This document shows, one piece after another, positions 61,263-64,000 of a stretch of DNA of 64,000 nucleotides. The notes beneath the pieces were generated by a model that ran no database searches, had not been told where the DNA came from, and was given only the letters and a program-made list of their open reading frames with translations. Every line of letters begins with the position of its first letter. Position 1 is the first letter of the stretch. The stretch is from Marsupella aquatica (lineage: Eukaryota > Plantae > Marchantiophyta): assembly GCA_973895155.1 (NCBI GenBank), contig OZ316892.1:24561971-24625970 (forward strand). The letters run 5' to 3'. The position numbers were made by a program, and so were the translations under genes.

Positions 61263-63658
61263 ATGGCTCCGAGGGTTGGTTCGGGAGTGGATTCCAAGAG
61301 TGGAAGAGTGCTTGGGACGACGGAAGAGAACTGGACGAAGGCTGCAGCCGCCGGGACAGGGGTGCAGTTGGTCGGCATTGCTCTAAAGACAAATGTAGAC
61401 GTGAAGCTCGTATCCGAGGCGGCCCGAGAAGTGCAGGGTCAGTACGCCGTCCTCAGGACCCAGATTGTGGAGACTCCGAAAGGCAAGCTTGCATACACTG
61501 CTCCAGAGACACCCAGTGCCCCAGCGGTCGAAGAATTTCCGTGGCCATTGCTAGAACATACGAGTATCACCGATGGTATGCTAGTCCTTCCAGGAGACGA
61601 CAGCCCGGACCATAAGCTCAGCGTCACTCTCGCGAGCCTTGCGAAACAAGAGCTTAATGCACCGTTCCGGAATGCGTCCGGAAAGATAAGTGGGACAGTG
61701 GACATCTTCAGAATTCACGTCTACACCGAACAGGAGTCGCCGAGAAGAACCATCATCATCCTCAAGTTCAACGGCGGCCCGTTGGATAGACCTTCTGCTG
61801 CCAACATTTCGCAGAGTTTCATCACGGCCTTGAATGCTGTGGTCGATGGGAAGGTTCCTCACCTGCCAGAAGCCCCCGGAAAGAACGAGCTCCTTCCACC
61901 TTTCGAGGACTTAATTCCTAAGGGCAAAGCTGTGAAGAGTTTCTTTCAGAAGGGACTCGATACTGTCTCGTATGCAATGTCGGCCAATAAGTTCCCGCTG
62001 TTTCCCTTCAGCTCTGAATTCGTTGAACCTAAGCAACCTGCCTACAACAGTGAGATCTTGACGTATACACTGGGCAAAGAAGGTCAGTGTTACACACTTT
62101 GTGTCAAATTGTGTCCTGCTGCAATGTCGACCCTTCACCATTTCATCGATGGATTATAAAGATTACTTATTTATGGCGAGCATCTTATGAATCATGCATG
62201 TTTTCCCAGATGGATGCCCATTTTCAGAAATTGAACTCATTTCCGTTGATGGATCGATCATAGATTACGGTGTGCCGATAAAGACATTGGAAGTCCTCGT
62301 AGACAATATCAGGACTGTGCGCCATCTTTTCTATCATGAAATAGCGATAGTTACCCTACCAGGTTAGAGGTAACAACACCTTGAAACCGATGAACTGATT
62401 TTCTCTCTTGGTATCTGTCGTTCTCACACAAAGCTTTGCTCCCACTGTGTGTATCAGGAACGGCTGCATTGCTTGTGCGCAGCAAGGAGGAGAAAACTAC
62501 TTATGGAGCAGCATTGTCGGCTGCATTTCTCAAGGCAACCGCCAATATGAAGGAGCTTAAAGACAAAAAGCTGGACAAGTTTGGCTTCACAACGTACTTC
62601 TCTCACTCCACCTTATATCAGTCCGGATTTCCTTGCTAGAAGGGTTCTCTACAGTGGAGGCTTTGTATTAGTAGATATTCAAGGGTGCTGGGTGCTAGGC
62701 TCAGACTCAACTCATCCTGAGAACTGGGGAGGTCAACAGCAAGTTGCGTAACGCTGTGTCAATTCCAATAGGTCTCATGCTAGATGGGAGGTAGCTGGAC
62801 TTTGCCTCTCGCTAGAAATTGGGTCCGGTGATCACAGCTCTAGAGTATAATGGATGTTGAGGATATTGTCTAATGTCCCAAGGAGGTTGACAAACTGTCT
62901 GTGTCTCTGCTGAACTTCTTCCGTTGACTTACATACATTAATCGTGTTTCGGACTAAATGCTTACTACAGTAGTCGTCGTTGACATTGTCAAGAGCAGCT
63001 TGATGGATTGCCGACCTTACTTTGAGCCGGAAATCGGATCACTGGGCCTTGGGAACTACACGGCCGGCATCTCTCAAGACGAGCAAGTGAAAAGTGATGC
63101 AAGTTTCTGGGACTTGGCACGCAGTGTTTCAACGTCAACTGAAAAGGAGTTGGGCAAACTGAAACAGTTTACAGAGCTTCCTGTACTCAATATGCTCTTC
63201 GGACAGGTAACGTTGATCCGTTGCTTTTGAAGTAACCATGCTGTCTTGTGAACATGTCGTCCGAGTACCTTGTGTAATGCAATATTAGAAAAGCACTTGG
63301 TTAGAACATGCAGTGTTTGGACCTCAAGCGTCTGAGCTCACCTGTGCATTTGGAGCAGGTCCTCAAGCGTCCAAGCTTAACACAAAGGACGTCCCTTCGA
63401 ACAGCATTGTTCTCTGTGTTCGTTGATGGACCTATGGATGTCCAATGGAAGAATGTGGACAAGTTGGACTTGGCAGGCACTTTTGGGCCGTGTGCTTCCA
63501 TGCACGGCATTGGACCATGCTTTTGCCTGGCAGAGACTCTCATCCCTGGCCCCGAATTGACATTGACACTGGTCTTCGCCACCCCTGTATACAGCAAAGA
63601 TCAAATGCAAGCACTTTCCAAGTCAAGTTTAGAGATTTTGAATGCAGCTATCAAGTAG
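61263..63658 (+). CDS. Plant condensation-domain/CoA-dependent acyltransferase-fold protein (At3g52610-like), 4 exons
   Basis: RVLGTTEENWTKAAAAGTG, LMDCRPYFEP...LGNY, FWDLAR, SLRTALFSVF and CASMHGIGP. Exons are ~61263-62082, 62458-62593, 62999-63206 and 63359-63658, all GT-AG and in frame. Confidence 0.82.
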
Positions 63659-63662
63659 TAGC

Positions 63663-63706
63663 AATTCCTAGGATCTGAATTCCTAGGATCTGAATTCCTA
63701 GGATCT
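63663..63706. repeat. 15-bp tandem repeat, 3 copies, immediately after the stop codon
   Basis: aattcctaggatctg occurs three times (last copy truncated). Confidence 0.9.
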
Positions 63707-64000
63707 AAAATTACTTAGAATTCTGGTTGTTAATGAGAGTATTTCTGAAGACGAAATCAAGCAGAGCTGATTTCCATGCCCATACACTCCTGATGATGTT
63801 ACAAAATAACTACTCCCTGACCATTCTCCAAATTCGAGCTGTGCATGCCGGTGCTGGTCCTCGGATGGGAAAAGGGTTTGGGGTTTAGGAGTTATCGATA
63901 TCCTAGCTGCTATACCCGTACTCTTACTTTACGTCCTTCAAATAAAATAACATAATTCTTTGTTGACCTTCCCGATGAACTGTTCAGCAAGGATATATTC

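Overview
Eukaryotic nuclear DNA from a land plant with spliceosomal introns. It is probably a bryophyte, inferred from the style of its PLS-DYW PPR gene, YhhW-type pirin and LINE. Genes assembled by hand from splice sites: a PLS-class DYW PPR RNA-editing factor, plastid Cpn10, tRNA-Ala(UGC), HGLS/FLO7 (DUF1338), a TANGO6/Rtp1-like protein, an organelle-targeted pirin, an intronless YAK1-like kinase and a condensation/acyltransferase-fold protein. Decayed sequences: an RluA-family pseudouridine synthase pseudogene, a cytochrome-b5/sphingolipid-desaturase 5' fragment, a 5'-truncated LINE with poly(A) tail and 11-bp TSD, and many MITE-, LTR- and tandem-repeat relics. The most unusual item is the YAK1-like probable retrocopy, with a five-fold amplified DH-box segment and a degenerate second copy of its alphaE/catalytic-loop segment. 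Also notable are the DYW protein (replaced E2 motif, DYG-FVG end, no obvious transit peptide) and the desaturase relic that may be spliced onto the downstream acyltransferase-fold gene. There is no CRISPR array or prokaryotic system. All homology calls come from motif recognition, not database searches.
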